Origin: an uncultured archaeon
GTDB lineage: Archaea; Asgardarchaeota; Thorarchaeia; Thorarchaeales; Thorarchaeaceae
DNA length: 32,000 nucleotides
Direction of reading: 5' to 3'
Assembly: GCA_964648855.1 (NCBI GenBank)
Contig: CAZYLT010000011.1
Location: forward strand, 1-32,000
In this document: positions 27,452-32,000 of the stretch, one piece after another
How the letters are laid out: each line of letters begins with the position of its first letter
How positions within the stretch are numbered: position 1 is the first letter of the stretch
Made by a program: the position numbers and the translations under genes
Notes under the pieces: model-generated
What the model was told of the DNA's origin: nothing
Database searches by the model: none
What the model saw: only the letters and a program-made list of their open reading frames with translations

Positions 27452-29191
27452 ATGAAGTGGGAGAATAGGATGAAAAGAGAGTTCCTTGTATTCCTTCTTG
27501 TTTTTCAGATTACTCTTCTGTTGGTTCCGATGGAATCAATCGCCATGAGTACCGCTGCAATTTCCAGCCCGAGTCAAGCTACGGTCGAGAGCAGTCAAAT
27601 ACCTGAGAGTGTTGTTTCTGGCTCATCGCAAGCAGATACATCTAAAGCGATAAGTGACTTTTCCGTTCGTGCTGTCGGAAGAGTAGAGGAATTCAACCAA
27701 ATAATGTGGGAGGGAATCGACTGCAGAAGGCCATTACTGGATGCACCGTGGATGCCGTTCGAAAACCGATATGGTTCGCCACCGGCAGAAGTAGCTTTGC
27801 CAACAAACCACACTGATGTGGACGGGCCGATTTCCATAACTGGAGATTACATCCCTATAGATAATGCAGAGTCCTCGATTTTATCGAATGCTGAAGAGGC
27901 TCAGATGGATACACGGACCGAGAGCGATGGTGTGGATTGTGATGACACCGGATTCTATCCGTATACGATCACCAATAGCTACGCCGCTCCCGAGATGTCA
28001 CCTGCAAAAGATGCACACTGGTTCATCAAGAAGAGCTACTCTGTGTTGGCATTTGAATTCATCAATCCATCGTTGTCGGAAGTTCATCTCTATATCGATG
28101 TTGAACGCGACCAAGATATCTACTCTCGCTACTTGACGTTCTATCTTGATGGCAGTCTGACCCACCAGTATGTGATTGGGTCAGGTGGGTTTCACGGGGC
28201 AGTGGTCTTCTACAATGTGTTTGAGGGACCACATAAAGTAGAGGTTGCAGTGAATTATTGTGGCTGGAAAGAACATCAATGGGAAGTGACATATGTCTCT
28301 CCATTTGTTCCGGTTCTATACGCCAATCCAATGCCACTATACCAATTTTGCGAGTATTTTCCGCATGGGTCATACCCAACATTAGAGTGGCAAGTACAGG
28401 CGGGTTTAGACACACACATACATATCGATACCGATGTGATGGCAGGTTCCACCTTTAGTATCAAACTGTACATAAATGACCAGCTACGGGCTATTCTTAG
28501 CGCAGGTGGTGGATATGATTTGGTCATGGGGACGTATGCAGATGACGAGCTCTTGAACATGAAACTGAAGATACTGTCCTCTTCCAACACATACTATGGA
28601 ACGAAGATCGATTACCTGGCAGTGAGCCACCGTGTGGTGATGCTAGAGATTGACTATATGGTCGACCAAAACCAAGACCCTCTCGTTCCGCTCTCAGACA
28701 TCAATAGCATGGCTAGCTACGTGAGGTCGTATTATATAATGCATGGATATGCAAGATGCGACTATGTAGTTGATGACCCGGTTCCTTGGGACCAAGAAAC
28801 CACATTGTTTGACGAACATCGTGATACCTATGATGCTTACTGCAATCATCAATTCGAGGCGGCATATGAATGGGTCTTCATTCTAAACCAGGTGGCGGGA
28901 GAGCTTTGGGGAGGATATCATTACAAACATGATTCAAGTTCTTGGGGGTGGGGAATGGGTATTTGTGCCAAGTACCTACCTACATTGGACCATCTCAAAA
29001 CGGTCATGCTGCATGAGTTTGGGCATCATGCAGGTATAATAGACCGGTATCCTAGTGGCGACGAGCACTATTGTGACAATTATTATTGCTGCATGGCAAA
29101 GATTCGAGATTGGTACAATGTTGGGCCAAATCCATGGTATTGCATATTCCACTGGTCCCTTCGAGATTATCCATATACTCCTCAAGATTAG
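27452..29191 (+). CDS. Secreted multidomain zinc metallopeptidase (metzincin)
   Basis: Signal-peptide-like N-terminus, Ser-rich linker, beta-rich middle, HEFGHHAGIID followed by CxxxxCCM Met-turn. Confidence 0.82.
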   Translation: MKWENRMKREFLVFLLVFQITLLLVPMESIAMSTAAISSPSQATVESSQIPESVVSGSSQADTSKAISDFSVRAVGRVEEFNQIMWEGIDCRRPLLDAPWMPFENRYGSPPAEVALPTNHTDVDGPISITGDYIPIDNAESSILSNAEEAQMDTRTESDGVDCDDTGFYPYTITNSYAAPEMSPAKDAHWFIKKSYSVLAFEFINPSLSEVHLYIDVERDQDIYSRYLTFYLDGSLTHQYVIGSGGFHGAVVFYNVFEGPHKVEVAVNYCGWKEHQWEVTYVSPFVPVLYANPMPLYQFCEYFPHGSYPTLEWQVQAGLDTHIHIDTDVMAGSTFSIKLYINDQLRAILSAGGGYDLVMGTYADDELLNMKLKILSSSNTYYGTKIDYLAVSHRVVMLEIDYMVDQNQDPLVPLSDINSMASYVRSYYIMHGYARCDYVVDDPVPWDQETTLFDEHRDTYDAYCNHQFEAAYEWVFILNQVAGELWGGYHYKHDSSSWGWGMGICAKYLPTLDHLKTVMLHEFGHHAGIIDRYPSGDEHYCDNYYCCMAKIRDWYNVGPNPWYCIFHWSLRDYPYTPQD

Positions 29192-29281
29192 CAAAAGCAA
29201 TGAATCTTACTGAGCGCGAAAATAATCGCTGGAAAAACTTAACTCTATCAAGTATGGTATAGAGATACGGATGGGATACTA

Positions 29282-29722
29282 TTGAACGGATTTGAGAAGT
29301 TGAAAAGAAGCCTCAAAATGCAATCACACGCATCAGTTGGCTCTCTCCTCCTCTTGGGCATACTGCAGGTTCTTCGTGGGGTATTAAACTTCTTGTGGTT
29401 CGCTCAGCTGGGCGTTCCAAATCCGCCGACACCTCCGGGCGTCGATGTTGCAGTGATTGTGAACACGTTATTCTTGTTTCTTTGCATAATCGATATTGCC
29501 TTGATAGTGATGATACCCCTCGTCATAAGATACAGGATTGCTTTTTTCGTGCTATTCTCTTTCGACATCTTGTTGGCTTTTGAAGGGGTCTGGTTTCGGA
29601 CTGCTGCGTACCAACACCATTTTCCATGGTATTTTATCGGTGTTTCTCTCGTTTCAATCCTTCATCTTGCTCTCCTGCTTACATGGGACCTTCTCATTAT
29701 GAAAAAGTTCCATACTGCTTGA
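29282..29722 (+). CDS. Membrane protein, 4 TM
   Basis: Four hydrophobic segments, Pro-rich loop. Confidence 0.68.
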   Translation: MNGFEKLKRSLKMQSHASVGSLLLLGILQVLRGVLNFLWFAQLGVPNPPTPPGVDVAVIVNTLFLFLCIIDIALIVMIPLVIRYRIAFFVLFSFDILLAFEGVWFRTAAYQHHFPWYFIGVSLVSILHLALLLTWDLLIMKKFHTA

Positions 29723-29920
29723 GCTGAACTTTGGAAAGAACTCTGCAGGCTTTGTATTTTCTGCAGCTAGTAGCCTTCATATCGCAATGACAGAGTTACA
29801 CGCATCAAATAAGCTACAGAAACTGGCCACTAAAATAACATAAAATAGAGAGTCTTTTTGTGTCTCGCAACCATTTACGTGCTTCAATTCAAAGAAAAAC
29901 TATAGTCAGTGCAATCTGAC

Positions 29921-30283
29921 TTACACTCGAAGTTCGATTCCATTTGAACTGATATTGAAGGGGATAATATCCATCGAGTGAATGATTCCCCTCATTTTGA
30001 TAATCCGCAACCGCCGTTTTACCGAGCCTTCAACTCTCTCGAATGACAACTTGATGATGCCTTGACTTGCATACCTTTCGACCATAATTCCTGCTTCATC
30101 CAGCTCGCTTGTGAGCAACGCAGTCACGGAGAGTCTTGACAACAGAGCAGCAATCTTCATTACTGCCTCTCTTCCTTCCTGTAAGCCCAAATCGTTAAGG
30201 GATGCGGCAACTGAATCTAACACCAAACGCTTCGCTCCAATTTTCTCCTGTCCCTCTGAGATTCTATCCAGGATGGTCTTGAA
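29921..30283 (-). pseudogene. KaiC/RAD55-family ATPase, C-terminal fragment
   Basis: GAKRLVLDS (Walker B), TALLTSE, R.LRIIKMRG..HS...PF.I...GI. In-frame TGA at 30284-30286 and no Walker A upstream. Confidence 0.85.
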
Positions 30284-30335
30284 TCAAGTTTTCCAACGGG
30301 GATTGCGAACGCCACAACAAAAAACCATTCTTTCA

Positions 30336-30494
30336 CTATTCCTCAAACTGTGCCCAGCCGTCGCATGCAGAGTAAAACATCCACCAGTTCAGGGCCTTTG
30401 GCTCAACTCGCAGCTTGACTCCACTATCGGCATAGGCCCAGTCCTGTCTTCCTTGCTTCCATGGTGACCCGCAGAGTGGACAGACCATGAGCAT
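30336..30494 (-). CDS. Possible 52-aa zinc-ribbon-like microprotein
   Basis: MLMVCPLCGSPWKQGRQDWAYADSGVKLRVEPKALNWWMFYSACDGWAQFEE*. Confidence 0.35.
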   Translation of the reverse strand: MLMVCPLCGSPWKQGRQDWAYADSGVKLRVEPKALNWWMFYSACDGWAQFEE

Positions 30495-31020
30495 GTTATG
30501 GATTTCACTTTTTTAAAGCTCGTTGGGATTTGTTAATACTAAAGCAGGGAACAGGCGTTTTCTAATTCTTTGGGTGTAATTATGATTGTCTGTCCTCCTA
30601 TTCTCTTGGGCAATGAGCTCATGTCCGAGAGAAATGGATAGATTCAGGTATTCTGACGCTCAGTGAGAGGATTGTAGTGGACTGGCGATGCCTGCTATCG
30701 ACAACGGAGAAGAGGGGCTTGCAGATGGTGGACTGGATCAGAATCCCCACGATGTCAATCCTGCGCATGGCCTCTTTCGCGATGTTACATAATCAGAGGA
30801 CAGGTATTCGATCTGAATTCATCTCTGACTAACCTAGCTAAATGAACTAGAGGATTTAGGAATAAAAAAAGGATCTGTTGCCCTCATCCATGGCTGCTGT
30901 TACTTCAGTATGGGGGAAAATTTGGGAAAAATCTAACACTTTTATTGGACATTTGAACTAGGAGACAGGAGATATTACAATTCTTTGCAAATGAAGAACG
31001 TGATTAGAAGAATGTCGTTA

Positions 31021-31389
31021 ATGAAAGATAGGTTATTTGCCTATAAGCAAGTAATTGCTGTAAGAACTGACTTGGATATGAGCTCGGGAAAGACTGCAGT
31101 ACAGGTTGCACACGCAGCGGTAAGCGCAGGAGAACGTACGCGCACTATGAAGCAAGAAGTCTACAAGGCATGGCTAAGAGAGGGTCAAAAGAAGGTTGCA
31201 GTGAAAGTGGGTTCGCAAGAGGAACTTATCGAGCTAGTTCGAGGTGCAAACAATATGGGTCTGCCATATGCCTTAGTGAAAGATGCAGGACTAACAGAGC
31301 TTCCCGCTGGCACGGCCACGGTAGTCGGTATCGGCCCTGCTAAGTCTAAAGAAATTGACAGACTAACTGGACATCTCAAACTATTGTGA
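31021..31389 (+). CDS. pth2: Peptidyl-tRNA hydrolase Pth2
   Basis: YKQVIAVRTDL.MS.GK.AVQVAHA, GQKKV, DAGLTEL, GIGP, LTGHLKLL. Confidence 0.97.
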   Translation: MKDRLFAYKQVIAVRTDLDMSSGKTAVQVAHAAVSAGERTRTMKQEVYKAWLREGQKKVAVKVGSQEELIELVRGANNMGLPYALVKDAGLTELPAGTATVVGIGPAKSKEIDRLTGHLKLL

Positions 31390-31399
31390 GTGACAATCG

Positions 31400-32000
31400 A
31401 TGGAAACCCCATTCCCAATTGAGAAGTCTTTGGGCATCGAGTTGTATAGCACCTCCTGGTCCGGGCTAGGGGGCTCGATAAAAAAACGGTATGAAGATTT
31501 CATTGTGGAAGAGATAACCCCAAGTGGCAAAGTTCTCGAGGTGCTGAATAATCCACATTCGCTCCCTCCCATCAACGAACAGGCCCCCAGCAATCCCGAA
31601 GATAGCAAGAAACATCTGCATTTTACGGTTCAAAAAATGGGATTGACGACATTTGATGTTGCCAATATCCTTGCCAGCTCGCTTGGTATCCCACGTCACT
31701 TGGTCACGCATGCTGGGCTAAAAGACAAGAGAGCCATAACTTCGCAACGTATGTGCGTTCCGGGGAGTCAATTTGAGAGATTGGGGTCAGTCGAACTGTA
31801 TGATATATGGCTAAGAGATCCTGAATATTCACGAGGGCAGATTCACATCGGAGACCTCTGGGGAAATCGCTTTGAGATTGTATTGAGAGATATAGAGTCT
31901 CCTTGTGAAGGCAGGTTGGATGAAATCAATTCACTGAGAAACACCCCCTTGTTGAATTACTACGGCGTCCAGAGATTTGGGGTAGTAAGACCATTTACCC
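31400..32000 (+). CDS. truD: tRNA pseudouridine(13) synthase TruD (partial; runs off the window)
   Basis: Manual translation METPFPIEKSLGI..., EDFIVEEI, AGLKDKRAITSQ, GDLWGNRFEIVLR, NYYGVQRFG. Confidence 0.96.
   Translation, partial: METPFPIEKSLGIELYSTSWSGLGGSIKKRYEDFIVEEITPSGKVLEVLNNPHSLPPINEQAPSNPEDSKKHLHFTVQKMGLTTFDVANILASSLGIPRHLVTHAGLKDKRAITSQRMCVPGSQFERLGSVELYDIWLRDPEYSRGQIHIGDLWGNRFEIVLRDIESPCEGRLDEINSLRNTPLLNYYGVQRFGVVRPFT

Noticed and set aside
30284-30286. TGA upstream of the KaiC fragment as selenocysteine readthrough
   Set aside because: The upstream sequence shows no Walker A or ATPase similarity; truncation is the simpler explanation.

Overview
Archaeal chromosomal window, most consistent with an Asgard archaeon (Thorarchaeia-like). 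The basis is two longin-like proteins, SepF, an FttA-psmB cluster and the conserved Pus10-L21e-RpoF-DUF655-KsgA-HemK2 superoperon; the taxonomy is inferred from gene content only. It holds about 40 CDSs and four CCA-encoding tRNA genes (Gly-GCC, Val-GAC, Phe-GAA, Ala-GGC) that carry five introns between them, two at non-canonical positions. The most striking unannotated signal is a structured repeat present twice (1-233 on + and 26987-27112 on -). It has a degenerate coding 5' part and a hairpin-rich 3' part with a compensatory base change. One copy appears to have truncated a 4Fe-4S gene and the other borders an accessory island. It looks like the 3' end or RNA scaffold of a mobile element, possibly TnpB/omega-RNA-like. 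Other unannotated items are a 37-aa C2H2 zinc-finger microprotein, an Fpg/Nei zinc-finger relic, a candidate switchable RNA leader, a tandem pair of ferritin-like proteins lacking di-iron ligands, and a wHTH-fused Hel308-like helicase with degenerate motifs.
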